Shown here: positions 26,172 through 39,941 of the stretch, in pieces
Layout: every line of letters starts with the position of its first letter
Numbering within the stretch: position 1 is the stretch's first letter
From: Eledone cirrhosa
Lineage: Eukaryota
Assembly: GCA_964016885.1 (NCBI GenBank)
Contig: OZ024745.1
Location: forward strand, 110,422,001-110,486,000
DNA length: 64,000 bases
Reading direction: 5' to 3'
Notes under the pieces: model-generated
The model's input: the letters and a program-made list of their open reading frames with translations, nothing else
What the model was told of the DNA's origin: nothing
The model's database searches: none
Position numbers and translations under genes: made by a program

Positions 26172-28075
26172 TTCTTCTTCTTTGTTCACTTATTCCTGAG
26201 GGGCTCATTGGGGCAAAGTCCTCAAACACTTCTTCCAGCAGGTCCTGTCAGAAGCAACTGTTTCCATCTGATTTGGTTGGATTCCCAAACGAGACCAGCC
26301 GAGCTCATGGATGTTATCCAACCATCTTGCTCGGGGTCTACCCATGGGTCTCCTGTTGGTTGGTTTTGTCCATAAAATCTGTCCAGCGATTATTTCCTGA
26401 GACAATCTAACCCCATGCCCATAGTATCGGAGCTGTGATCTCTTAATTAGGAGAAGTAGCTGCTCTACCTGGAGTGACTCTCTGATCTGAGCTATCCACT
26501 CTATTCAGTAACATTACTCCAAAGACCCTTCAGAGAAACCCCATTTTGGCGGCTTGTATTCACAATTGTATTCTTTGGGTCATTGCCCAAGATTCCATAA
26601 GTAAAGGTTGGCATGAATACTAAATTGAAGATAGATAGTGAGTTTGGCTTTTACACCTACCTCTCTTCTGAATACTGAAGCTGACACACCAGTACACCAG
26701 CTTCTACAATTCTTGCACTTAATTCAGCCTCCTGCCTTCCATCTCTCATGAACATGGCCCTGAGATACTTGAACTTCGCTATCTGCTTCAGTGAAACTCC
26801 GTTCACATGTAGTGTGCACTGTACAGGCTTCCTTGAGAGGATAAGTATTTCAGTTCTTGCAGCCATGCAGCACTCGGCATCAAACCTATCAAGTGCAAGT
26901 CAGAGATCCCCTTATGTTGAGTTAAGTAGTATCATATTGTCTGCAAATTCCAGATGACTGATTCTACACTTGCCAGTCATGATACCATTTCCAACCTGGC
27001 TGCACATGTCAATCTTCTTCACGCACAGAAGAGGTGACACTATGCACCGTTGATGGAGTCTGACTCCCACATTGAATGGCTTCAATTTAGCACCATTTAT
27101 TCGAACACAAATACTCAGGCATTCATATAGAAACATCAGGGCAACAAAAAGCTGACCATTGATCCAATACTCCTGCAGAACCTTCCACAGCAGACAAGGC
27201 AGCAGGAATGCACTCATATGCCTTTTCAAGGTCTACAAAGCAAGAATACACCTCTTGGCAATATTGTCATGATTTCTCAAAGACCTGTTGCAGTGTTATT
27301 ATTTGGTCAGCTGTGCTGCATCCGGAATGAAAACCACTATTCATCAGCTAGCTTGGACTCAGCGAATCTCCCTGCATCTCTTTGCCAGACAGCATAGACT
27401 TTCACGAGGAGGCTTAACAAGGAGATCCCTCTATAATTGGAACAACCTATCTTGTCTCCCTTTTGAAAATTGGGATTATCACTCCTGATTGCCATTGCTT
27501 AGGTGCCTTTCCAGAGATCCAGGCCACCCAGCACAAATGAGTCAGCCAGAGAATACCTCTTTTATTTAAGACTTTTAACATCTTGGGCCAAATTTTATCC
27601 TCCCCAGTGACCTTGCCGCATTTGAGCTTTTAAATTGCTCTTGTGACCTTAGCCTCAGAGATTATTGATCACTCCCAGATGCATCAAGTGTACATCAGAA
27701 ATTGCTGTTGTAATCGGGTTTAGGAGATAGCAAGGATGCACTTCACAAAAATGCATTTCTCTGAAGATGCATTCTTGATAGGCGGACTTATTACGAAGTT
27801 GGCAGATCATCTGCCAGAACACTTTTTTTGCTGATCTGCTTAACCTCAAAGTCCTCTCATGTCTTAACTTTGGATAACTTAACTGTCTCTGCTGTGATTC
27901 TTTGTGGCTGCTTGTACTGTAAGTGCGTGAGAGAGGACGTATTTCCAAGACAAGCTTTGTAGGCCTCCTTCTTTGTGTAGATGGCTTCTTTGATCTTTGG
28001 CTGCACTCTAATGACAGAAATAAGTAGCTGAATAACAAACGGTTATCTTTACATACTGGGCCTTGCATATCATTC
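26172..28075 (-). pseudogene. 5'-truncated, degraded RTE-clade LINE (Rex3/Expander-like) RT region with (GAA)n tail
   Basis: Fragments GVRLHQRCIVSPLL, HLEFADNMILL, FKYLRAMFMRDGRQEAELSARI and RRPMGRPRARWLDNIHEL; many stops and frameshifts. Confidence 0.9.
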
Positions 28076-28174
28076 TGATGTACATGAAGGGGAGCACATG
28101 AGTAAATATTATTACTGTGAACTTCATTGGATATTGCATCACAGAACTATTGTAAACTTAAGTGTATTTGTGAC

Positions 28175-28562
28175 ATAGATATCTCACCCTTCACAAAACC
28201 ATAGTGATATCCTTTACCTAACCATATATAGATATCTCATCCTTTACCAAATCATGTATATATCTCACTCATCAAACCATATAGATATGTTATCCTTTAC
28301 CAAACCATATAGATATCTCACCTTCACCAAACCATATATATATCTCACTCTTCACCAACCCATACATATAGATATCCTTTATCAAACCATATATAGATAT
28401 CTCATTCTTCACCAAACCATATAGATATGTCATCCTTTATCAAACCATATAGATATCTCACCATCCACCACACCATAGAGATATCTCACCATTCACCAAA
28501 CCATAAAGATATCACATTCTTCACCAAACCATAAAGATATCACAATCTTCACCAAACCATAT
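28175..28562. repeat. Minisatellite, ~27-30 bp unit ACCAAACCATATAGATATCTCACCTTC
   Basis: About 13 imperfect tandem copies. Confidence 0.9.
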
Positions 28563-28814
28563 TGCCTTGCTGTTTATTGTTATTGACCTTGTTAGCGTTT
28601 ATTTTTCTGCTATCCCAATTATCTAATATCCTAAATTATGATTTCTCTACTAAGGCCATCACTGGAAAAATATCTCTTTTGTTACGAAACCGCCTGAAAA
28701 TGCTTTTTTTCTATGATACAAAACTGTTTTCTTTTAAAGTGATTGTAATTATCTAAAAACTTTCCCTCATAATTTTAAGTAAATATCTTTGTTAAGTTAT
28801 GCTCCAAACATCAA

Positions 28815-28955
28815 CATTTTTTCTAGTATAGGCACAATGCCAACAATTTAGAGGAAAGTTGATTATATTGACTCCAGTTTAGAACTGGTACTTTATTTTA
28901 TCAACACCATAAAGATGAAAAACAAATTTGACATAGGTAGGATTTGAACTTCAAA
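28815..28955 (-). mobile_element. SINE family B nested in a P1 MITE
   Basis: Family B core flanked by AAACATCAAC/AAACACCAAC target-site duplication. Confidence 0.7.
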
Positions 28956-30267
28956 TGTAAACACCAACTTAATAATGAAAGTGTTAGTTTAGTTGTTATT
29001 AAATCTCTTCAAATTTGTTATTTTCAAAATTTTTTGAAAATCCTAAGTTTTTTTTTTTCCATGGGCAATATAGTAATGAAAGTGTCTATATATATATATA
29101 CCACATACCTAAACTGAACTCTCACACAAGTAGAGAGAATAAAAATAGATGTGAAAATATTTTAAAAAAGAATTACAATGATTTTGTGAATCAATGAATA
29201 TGCTTAACCAGTCAAATACAAACAAATCTTTTATTTCTGCCATCAAACCATATTGATATTTCATGTAAAATTGAAAATGACACATTTGCAGCTTGGGAAA
29301 CAACTGAATTAATTGTTTGTTCTGTAGACTATATCTCTCAGGAATTATATCAACATTGACAATAAATTATTCATTAAGTGATTAACAACAAAACAAGACA
29401 AAAATAGTAAGAGTATGCAATGAAATCAATAGAAAATATTGATATATACATTATAAACACTTCCATAGATTTGCCAGATGTTTAAATATCTTTTACTTAT
29501 AATAAAATGATATTTTCTCTATATCATCTTTTAATACAACTGTGACAATGGGTTGTGTCTGATTTCTTTTCCAAGTGGCTATGTATTGTAAACTCAATTC
29601 AATAGATTTAATCATGCCATTAATTTGATTCAGTAAATGCTACATATATTTAAAATAAGCATAATTTAGTATAATATAACTTTCATTACAAAAGAGAAGA
29701 ATACTATAAAAAAGAAGAAAGAAAAAGACAAAGTGAAGAATTTTCAGTCGAAAAATAAAGGAAAATACTACAAATATCAGTATAAACTATTGAAAAGATT
29801 AATAAGATTTTTATAATTGGAAAAATTCAAATGAACGAGCTAAGACTAACAAGTTAATGTATCTCAAAGAATCAGTGTTCTTGTTCCTTATATTGCCAAG
29901 GAAATTAATTTTTTAAAACATGTAGTGGCAGGACACAGCTAAATATTGATTGGTGACAGTAGGGCAATAGCTGCACAGTAACAAAAAAATTAATAAATAA
30001 ATAAAATGTACTCCTGACAGGCCTGATGGTAAAATCACTAGTTTACTTGAATAATAGAGAGAAGCTTTAAGTTAAAAATATATGAAACTAAAAATTTCTT
30101 CTGTGTGTTTAATGCTGGCAATTGTATTTTGAAATCTGGTCTATCTTTAGAGATGTTGATTTTCTCTTTCTTTTTTTGGCATATATTAGTCTGTCAATTA
30201 TGTGATCTGAAAAAAGAAATATTCAAAGCAATTTAATTTCTGCTTGAAAAGTAGTCTGTTTCCAACA

Positions 30268-30645
30268 ATCATCATCATTTTTATCTCTGCTTTTTCCATG
30301 CTTGCATGCGTCTTCTCCAGGATAGCTTTCCTCCACTTGTTATGTTCCTTTGTTATCTCCTTTGTGTGGATTAGCTCTCACCACCCCTGCCTAGATTTTC
30401 CTCGGTCTTCTTTTTCTGCAGCCATCTTCCATTTGGCTCATCTTCGCCCAATGCATCTTGTGTCTTGCTCTTCTTGCACACTGTATCTGATTCCTCTTAT
30501 ATCCCCTTTTTTCTTTCAACTTATCTGTGCTTCATCATTCATGTATACTAACATTATGCATCCTGAAGAGAAGCATGCTAAACTAATTTCTGTCTAACCT
30601 TTGCACACCCTCTGCATTTAATGCCTGAATGTCTGTAATGTGTAG
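30268..30645 (-). mobile_element. 3' fragment of a second RTE family (shares tail with SINEs)
   Basis: CATCATCAT..TCTGCTTTTTCCATGCTTGCATG tail and decayed RPR-type ORF end; related to 38590-39020 and 58710-59010. Confidence 0.55.
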
Positions 30646-30914
30646 GTAAGATTTCTACAAAGACATTTTGAAGTTAATAAAAATACAAAGAGATATCCTT
30701 TTATTGGTTTCATTCATTAGACAGTGCAATTGCTGTGCAACCATATTGATCTCAGTATGTATTTCTTCAAGTCTTTAAGTACATCTCTCAGCCATTCTCT
30801 AGGGTAGTGTTTCCCAACATGGGCGCTGTTGTGTTGAAAGGGGGCGCTGGAAGTTTTTATTTCATTTGGGGGGGTAATGGACATTTATCCATATTTTTTC
30901 TTTCAAATCTTTTT

Positions 30915-31104
30915 TCTATATTTGCTATTGTATTTTCACGGTAAAGGCTTTATCTCACATAATATCGAATCTATGAGAATTTGATATTACTTATTTTGAG
31001 AACAATACCTTAACATCAGTATGAGTTGCTGGTTACAGCCAGTTTGAACAGAAAGAACTAAGGGAATTCTATCCAGATATGGTTGGTTTTAAATGCTAAA
31101 AGGT
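30915..31104. mobile_element. piggyBac-type MITE (family P2), left end lost
   Basis: P2 body and right terminus AAATGCTAAAAGG|TTAA. Confidence 0.7.
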
Positions 31105-31884
31105 TAAGGCTAGAAACTATCTAATTCTTGAATCCAAGATTTTCAATCTTACTTCAACATTGTATTTAAACACTTCAAATAAATCACATTATTTCAGTTA
31201 AGTCTATCTGAATATACATCCTATGTTTTTATAAAGATTATTCTAAAATAATGATTTTCTAAACTTTGATGTAAAAATTTGAATTTTTAGAACCATCTAA
31301 CCAATAGCATAATGGAAATATCAATTAAAAAATAAATTTTCTTTTTAATTATTTTCAATTTTGAGATTTCAATCTAGTACTCTGATTATCAAGAAAATTA
31401 AAAACTTGGTTGATACCAAATCATATGGAATCTATATATATATAGTTTTAGGTTAGTTGTTGATTATCATGTAAAGTTGCTTTAACAAGATTGTGTGAGT
31501 TGTTATTAAATTCTGTCAATGTATTTCTATTGAAATACACGCTAAAACTTTCAGACTCAAAGACATGTGTAAATTAGTGTTTCTATTTATAGTTACTATT
31601 GTGTGCTCTACAATGTTAATTAATGATCTCATTCAAAACTAAGATATTCATATCTTAGTTATTATACATTTCAGAATTTCTTCCTAACTCTTCCTTAAAG
31701 AATATTGGATTTAGTTAAAGATATATAATGAAGAATGCAGACACAGGCATTCAGCTATTGCAATTCTGTTCTGTCCTCTTTCTGAGCAGAACAAAGTTTA
31801 TCCTATTTTACTTTACACCAATACTGAAAATTAGACTTTGCTAGTTTTCCAGTTGACAAGAAAACAACAACAACAACAATGATA

Positions 31885-32632
31885 ATAATAATTGTTTCTA
31901 CTTTTGACACAAGGCCAGTACATTACTGGTACTTTATTTTATCGACCCTGTATGGATGAAACGCCGAGATGATAATAATAATGATTGTTCCACTTTAGGC
32001 ACAAGACCAGCAATTTGAAGGAGAGGGGAAAGTCGATTAAATCGACCCCAGTGCATTACTGGTACTTAATCTTACCGGCCCTGTAAGGATGAAAGGCAAA
32101 GCTAACCTTGGCAGGAATTGAACTCAGAACGTAAAGGGACATAACATGGTGTCCGATGTTCTACCGATACTGCCAATTCACCACCCTAATAATGAAAATA
32201 TTTGTTTTTATTTTATGCACAAGGCCAGCAAATTGGAGGGGAAGGGACAGTCGACTAAATCAACTCGTGCATTACTGGTGTTTTATTTATTGACCCTGTA
32301 AGGAGGAAAAGCAAGGCGAACCTCAGTGGAATTTGAACTCAGAACGTAAAGGGACGTAACTATACTGCAAATAATAATAATTTTAATCTCCTAATGAGAT
32401 TTTTGTACCCGCAGTAAACTAAGCTTCCTCCATTCTCCTTCCTTCAAATAATTGTTTCTACTTTTGGCACAATGCCAGCAAATACCCAGTACGTTACTGG
32501 TACTTTATTTTATCTACGCCGTAAGGATGAAAGGCAAAGTTAACCTCAGCAGGATTTGAACTCAGATTGTAAGGGGATGTAACTATGCTGGAAAGCATGT
32601 CCGACCCTCTACTGATACTGCCAATTCACCGC
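31885..32632 (-). mobile_element. Cluster of four SINE family B copies
   Basis: Repeated family B cores; the last copy is flanked by a CCTTCAAATAAT duplication. Confidence 0.85.
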
Positions 32633-33337
32633 CCTTCAAATAATATATCCAGTTATTATTTGATGGTGGAGTATGAAATATTTTTAAAAGCATAAAACTG
32701 ATCTACATTTAGTTAACAGCCATTTGTTTTAGGGTACAATAAGGTGACAATGTAGAGATCAATTTTATTAGCCTTTTTGTTATAATATTTATAATAATAT
32801 TTCTATATTTTCTATAATAATATTTTTATAATAATTTCTATAATGTTTGTTATAATATTTCTAATGTAAGACACTGCCTATGATTTTCAAATTGTTTTGA
32901 AAATAATCAATAATTTGGAGTAATTTAGTTTCATAACTAACTTTCTCTTGTTATTTGGATGATAACTTCACAAAGGTTTTTGCATAAAAATAAATACTTT
33001 GAAACAAACAGTTTTCTACTGCATAACCAGAGGTGGTGTCAAGGGGTTTGATATCAAAAGGGTTTTCATGAATATTTAAACTAAAGATGTTTTTAGGCAA
33101 GTTCCCTAAATAGATATCAAAAGCAGAAACTTAGCAAATCAAAGACAGAAACTTAGCAAATCAAAGACAAATTTATTTTATTTCATTTATTTATTTATGT
33201 TTGTCTTTGAGAACTAAATAAACTCTGAATGAGCAGCATCATTAGAACATTGGACAAAAGGCCTGTGGTATTTTGTTATAACCCTGTCTGTTCTGAGTTC
33301 AAATCCCACTGAGATCAACTTTATTCATCCTTCCGAG

Positions 33338-33452
33338 CAGAGCCAAATTTACACCTGAGGAGGGGTGGGGGATAGTTCAGGTTTGATGGTCTTCTCATAT
33401 AACAACACGCACATATATAAATATATAAATACATACATATACAAGCACACAA

Positions 33453-33502
<50 letters not shown>

Positions 33503-33566
33503 CACCCTGGTTTGGAGAGCGGGTCTCAGAGCATTTGCTCCACTGTCCCCAATAAATCTGGCCCTG
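33338..33566. mobile_element. hAT-superfamily MITE inserted in a SINE B (33228-33605)
   Basis: TIRs CAGAGCCAAATTTA / TAAATCTGGCCCTG; 8-bp TSD CTTCCGAG (33330-33337) / CTTCTGAG (33567-33574); internal (GA)n. Confidence 0.8.
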
Positions 33567-33879
33567 CTTCTGAGGTTGATAAAATAAAGTGCCAGTCGAT
33601 TTAATATTTCTATATAGTATCCTAGATATTAATGGATGACCATGTAAGGAATGTTATTTTAGAAATAAACTTTCAACATACAAAATTTCAGTTTCAGAAA
33701 AATTTGTCAGAAGATTAAATAAGTCTATATTTAAATAGAAGTATATATTTTTCTTTTATTTAATCAAATAGCTTCAGAATGAATATAAAGAATTCTGTGC
33801 TCATTATATAGAGATTAAAATAATAATAATAATGAAATTATCGTGTACAGTGCTCAGGTGCACTACAACTATCTATAAA

Positions 33880-34107
33880 GATAGCTTATAAAATAGGATG
33901 AAGACCCTTAGAGATGGACAAAGAAGTTGCCATTAGCTGCTATGAGGAATTGAATCCCATATCTCTGGGAGATATGGGATTTCAATTTCTCATAGAGGCC
34001 AATGGCAATTTCTTTTTCTGAGAAATATGGAGTTCAATTCCTCATAGCACCTGATGGCAACTTTTTTTCTGTTTTTTAAGGATCTTCCCTCTATTTTATT
34101 AGCTATT
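33880..34107. repeat. Imperfect fold-back element with partially duplicated right arm
   Basis: AAGTTGCCAT..GCTATGAGGAATTGAATCCCATATCTC is mirrored twice downstream; outer ends ATAGCT..ATAAAATAG / CTATTTTAT..AGCTAT. Confidence 0.7.
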
Positions 34108-34711
34108 TTATAACATCACTGCATATGAGCACATCATTCTTTATATTAACTTTATATTCTCAGCAGAGTCTGAGAGATTGGCTACATATGAACTTTAGAA
34201 TGCTTCAAAACTAAAGTGGAGAAATGTTCATGTTAGTAGAATTTTTCCTGTTTGATTTTTAAATTATATGGCCAATAAAATATACAACAGCAGTATTTTA
34301 AAACTTAAAACTCTAAGAGAGACCATTCATGACTAATTAATTAAAGATCAATTTCAGCCCAATTAGATCTAATTGGTTTAAGAACAGTCAGAACCATATA
34401 TTAAGCCAATGTAGGAGCCTGCATGTTCTCACTTGATCTGCTAGAAATCATAATGAAATAACATTCAAAGCATACCCTGGTGTCTTAAAAAATAGAAGTG
34501 TGTTTAGTTCTAGAAATTTCATGTCTGAATAAAACACATTGTATACACAATCCATGTTTTGAAACAATAGATAAGCTATTATTTTATTTTTTAATGGTTT
34601 CAGTCATTGGTACTTATCTTTTAAAGACATTTGTCAAAAATGCCATGCAGTAAGAGTGAACTCAAAATCATGTGGTTGTGAAGTGAACTGCTTAACCAAA
34701 CACCCATGCCA

Positions 34712-34750
<39 letters not shown>

Positions 34751-35509
34751 GGTGCCAACACTCTCAGTACTTTAAATAAAGACATGATATAAAATACTGA
34801 CAAGCTACACTTTCTAAAAGCAAATCCAAATGTAGAAGAACAGACATCAAACATAAATATTGGTGTTAGTGCTGCTTCGAATGGTAATGATGATATTAAA
34901 TAGAAAAATAGAAGACAAACAAGAGAAGAAAGTTAGGAGGAAAAGATGAATGTTTAGGAGAAGAAAAAAAAATAACATTATAAAACCCTCATCTTCCTTT
35001 CATTAATGGTTATCACAGCATGAACAAGGTTTTTTTCCAGTTGAGGAGTTTTCTGTCATAGTAAGGTAAAGCCAGTGACTTGCTAGACAAAATACGACCT
35101 CAATGAAGTATTATGCAAGTCTTTCACAACCCCACCAATGCTAATGTTTGCTTAAGTTCTCAAACAGTATTTAAATTTTCTACATCAATTTTCCTTTTCT
35201 TCATCCCTGAAATTTATGCATTATCATCTCTTGTGAATATCTGTAGCGAATTTACAACACAAATCATTTATACAAATGACTTTGATGTTGATGATAGAAC
35301 AAAAAATAAAATTCTTACTCACTCACATCAAAGCTATCAACAAAATTTGACAGAATGAAAATCTGAGAAGTCCACAACAGCATTTGCCACTGACGAAATT
35401 AAAGCTAACCAGATCAATACAAATCAACCCCTATGATCTAACAGCTTAATAGATATTAACTAAAATTCATGTTCATTAGTAACATAAACAATAACAAGTA
35501 TTTAATGTG

Positions 35510-35639
35510 TTTACACACATACATACACTATATATATGTGTGTGTGTGTGTGTGTCACGTGCATATAAACATATATATGTGTGTGTGTGTGTGTGTGTCA
35601 CGTGCATATACGTATATATACATATATATATATATGCAC

Positions 35640-35670
<31 letters not shown>

Positions 35671-35841
35671 TATACATATACACATATATATATACATATA
35701 CACATATACACATATACATATACACAGATATATATATATACATATACACATACACACATATATATACACACATATATATACATATATATGTATATACATA
35801 TGTATATATATACATAGATATATATATACATATATATATAC

Positions 35842-35872
<31 letters not shown>

Positions 35873-35922
35873 CATATATATATATACATATATATATATA
35901 TACATATATATATATACATATG

Positions 35923-35986
<64 letters not shown>

Positions 35987-36031
35987 CATATATACATATA
36001 CATATATATATATATACATATACGTATATAC

Positions 36032-36068
<37 letters not shown>

Positions 36069-36165
36069 CACAGAGGGAGAGAGAGTTATATATATGTGTA
36101 TGTGCATATATACATACATATATATATATACATACATATATTTATATATACATACACATATATAT

Positions 36166-36240
<75 letters not shown>
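35510..36240. repeat. Long (TA)n/(CA)n-interrupted microsatellite
   Basis: Direct reading. Confidence 0.95.
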
Positions 36241-36242
<2 letters not shown>

Positions 36243-36540
36243 TGCATTTTGTGTCTCTCCGCATAAATATGTAAATTTGCTTTCATAAGCATGCATATAT
36301 ACCCTATATGAGTAAACATGTGTATGTATGTTTATTGAAAATACAAAATATGTGTGTATATCTTTAAATGCATGAATATATATATGCTAGAACATGTGTA
36401 CATACACTTACACATTCCCTTATAGTAATTATGCATAAGGTTCAGTGTATGAATTTATATATATTTGTGTGTGTCTTTCTCAATATACGTGTATGTATGT
36501 ATGTATGTATGTATGTATGTATGTATGTATGTATGTATGT

Positions 36541-36997
36541 CAAAGGGCAAAGGAGCTCTTAAGAGTCAATGGCCATCCAAAATCACTGGGAGAGATGACC
36601 CCTTAGCCTTTGTCAAGGCAGAATTCTAGGAGAAGGAAAACTCTGATGTAACACCTGCAACCTTGATGATATCCAATGATGTTGACTTGTTCTTCTTTTT
36701 GGTAAATATCATCTTGGTTAAGAGAGTGGGACTGGCTTTGTGCAGTGCCTTTGCTCACTATAAAAGCTTCACGGCACAGGCATTGCTTTATATCTGGAGA
36801 TCTCTCTGCACTTGTCGTCACATGGTACCATGGGCCCAGCACTATGTGTCAGTAATTGTCACAAGTGTAGTGTTTGTACCAGAGTTTTCAAGTCGCTGGC
36901 TCGACTAAAAAGTCACACTCGTTCAGCGCATCGGTAGGGGTTCTCCTACATGGATATAAAGTAGTGGCCGTACTCGAAAACGAGTTGGCAGCCACCA
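36541..36997 (+). mobile_element. Internally deleted (bipartite) RTE-derived non-autonomous element
   Basis: RTE 5'UTR-like motif GGAGAAGGAAAACTCTGATGTAACACCTGC joined to the ORF C-terminus CHKCSVCTRVFKSLARLKSHTRSAHR* (36857-36937, C2H2-like), a short 3'UTR and a (TATG)n tail. Confidence 0.65.
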
Positions 36998-37072
36998 TGT
37001 ATGTATGTATGTATGTATGTATGTATGTATGTATGTCATGTGTGTACGTATGTATGTATGTATGTATGTATG

Positions 37073-37103
<31 letters not shown>

Positions 37104-37112
37104 GTATGTTTG

Positions 37113-37159
<47 letters not shown>

Positions 37160-37273
37160 GTATGTATGTATGTATGTATGTATGTATGTTTGTATGTATG
37201 TATGTATGTATGTCATGTGTGTACGTATGTATGTATGTATGTATGTATGTCTGTATGTATGTATGTATGTATG

Positions 37274-37304
<31 letters not shown>

Positions 37305-37329
37305 GTATGTTTGTATATATGTTTGTATG

Positions 37330-37360
<31 letters not shown>

Positions 37361-37431
37361 GTATGTATGTATGTATGTATGTATGTTTGTATGTATGTAT
37401 GTATGTATGTATGTCATGTGTGTACGTATGT
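36998..37431. repeat. (TATG)n array with higher-order structure
   Basis: Marker TCATGTGTGTACGTA recurs at ~37036, 37213 and 37414. Confidence 0.9.
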
Positions 37432-38589
37432 ATTGCATTATCATTTATCAATGTATTTTAGTTATTCACTGATAACTTTTGACTTTATATTATTTATAAT
37501 ATATTTTTAAAATAAAACTTCCTATTTTTCACACCAGTTTTACAAGAACATGATAATCATTCGTGTGAAATTTGAGGAAATCACAGAACTTGACACTTTA
37601 AACTGGGGGGTGTTTAATGGATGCATCATCATCATCATCATCATCATTAATAACAACAACAAAAACAACATAAATATCATCAAAAACATCATCATCACTA
37701 TGATTATCGTTGTCAGCAGCAACATTGTCAGACCTATCATCACGATCATACCAATGATATGAACTTTCTCACATCAGCACACGTATACTGCAAATGCGTG
37801 TGTGTATACAAAAGGAGGTATAGTCAATTAAATCGACACCAGTATATGAATGGTACTGATTTTTATTCATACATAAATATGAAAGACAAAGAAAAAGCCA
37901 ACAGAATTTGAACTTCTTACAAGAAATCAACCTGATATCAAAGACAGTATTACAATATTTCTACAAATGTAAACATAGACCTGTGGTAAAGTAGTTTGTT
38001 TCATAACTCTCGGTTCCAATCACACTGTGTAACACCTTCAGTAAGTATCTTCTACTTTAGCCCCAGCTTAACAATTACCATGTAAATGGTTCAGAGAAAG
38101 TATTCTTTTAGTTGTCCTTGCTTTGGCTGCTATTTTTAACAAGTCGTACAAAAGTACTGACACACCTTCGTTATGATTAAATGTTTATATGGAAACTATA
38201 TTGAAGGCAGCAAATTGGCAGAGTTGTTCAAACATTGGATAGAATGCTTTGCTGTATTTGTTCCTGCTCTCTGCACTCTGAGTTCAAACCCCATCAAGGC
38301 TAGCTTTGCTATTTATCCTTTCAAGGTCAAATAAAAAAAAAAAGTAGCCATCCAGTACAGGGGTCAATATTTCTCTATATCTCTCACTTCCTCTCTATCA
38401 TTTGCCTTCTTAAGAGGTAATCAGTTGCATTCAGACCTTGACAGGGCTCCACCAAGTTTAAAGTGCCTAAGACATGCTGTATGTCACTACAGGGATTCTA
38501 TGATTCCACCAGGAGTTACATAACTCTCTTAATACCAAACTGCCTGAAACCATGGTTAACTCTATGGTATAAACAAATAGGAAATGGAA

Positions 38590-39020
38590 GCCTGTAGGGA
38601 TTGAGAGGATGGATGCAGAGGATAGAGGAAACTTGTCATGGGTACCAACAAGGTTACCTCTTTTTTTGACACCCCTTTCTCTCTTCCTCCTCAACTGCAG
38701 CATTTTCCTGCATTAAATATTCAAACCAATCCAATTGTTTATTTCTATATATATGTAGTGTGCAGGAGAGAAGGCAGTGATGCGTATGGATGATGATTGT
38801 TGGGTGAAGAAGTACCAAGAAATCCCAGTGGAAGGAAGCTGAAGTAGAGGGGAGCCAAGGAAGGCTTGGGCAGAGGTAGTGAGAACTGATCTCGAAATCA
38901 CTGAAGTTTACAGTAGTGATGGTAAAGGACCACGATGAGTGGAAAGATACTGTGCTTGCAATAGCCCATCCAACCCATGCAAACATGGAAAAGGCAGATG
39001 TAAAATAATGGTGATGATGA
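38590..39020 (+). mobile_element. 3' fragment of the second RTE family
   Basis: AGAGGGGAGCCAAGGAAGGCTTGGGCAGAGGTAGTG (RG.PRK.W-like) followed by CAACCCATGCAAACATGGAAAAGGCAGATGTAAAA..GATGATGA tail. Confidence 0.65.
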
Positions 39021-39707
39021 GATAGTAGCTGTGCAAAACTGCTCTCCTTCATGAAGCTACTGGATCAGCTTTAATAAACTTCTACTATGGTACTGAGTAT
39101 GCATTCTCACCTTCACCAATACATTCAGATACATGTGTGTGTATGTGTGTGTTTACATTTGTTAAAAACACAACATTTTTTTAAATGATGCATCCTTTTA
39201 TGTCCTGTAACTTGGCAGTTCAACAAAAAGAAATCACTAAAAATGAGTACCAGACTGGAATAATATTAATATAACATCACTATAGCATATTGTTCTCACA
39301 TGTTACTTTTCCTTGTCAATGTTTCTAATACATGAAATGATACTGGGGTTGATATGATTGACCAAAACCACTGAAGGTGGAGATTCAACATGTCTGAAAC
39401 TCAACAAGTGAATATAATCTAAATGTAAATGCTTCAATGTTCTGAATAGTGTTGAACAGCTGCTTCTTTTGGTATAAGGTGAATGAGAGATTAATACCCT
39501 CCTGGTTAGGATGCTAATCTATTGATGGTAACACATCCACCTGACACTGTGGCTGACAGCTAATTTAACTAAGGTGATAAAGAATATATTGCTTCACTTA
39601 TAAACAAAACAATATGACTGGTAACCCTATAGGTACCCTCTATGTAGTCATTCAACTTACTAGATATAACAACCAAATCTCTCTCAAATTACAAACTACC
39701 ATTGGAA

Positions 39708-39941
39708 CCCTTTCATGAACCCATTTCTAATAAAATACATACAAATTCAATTAATTAATGAACAATTTTTAAGAATTTATTAAAATTATTAATTGTTTCA
39801 TTACAAAAATATCAACTTAACATAGTTATTATATAAATTATGTTGGAAAATTTTAGTTTAAATAGGAACCCTTTAAAATGGGTGGCTTTGTTTCATAGAA
39901 CCACAGCTGGTTTTTGCTGCGTTGGTATAGCATAAAAAGGG
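39708..39941. mobile_element. piggyBac-type MITE (family P1)
   Basis: CCCTTTCAT ... AAAAAGGG|TTAA. Confidence 0.6.

Noticed and set aside
30555-30600. CTGAAGA motif as a hammerhead (similar isolated motifs at ~9918, 11016, 35390, 45392)
   Set aside because: No downstream GAAA with compatible stems I-III.
30806-30880. hAT-like terminus TAGTGTTTCCCAAC
   Set aside because: No matching second terminus or TSD found, so it is not listed as a feature.
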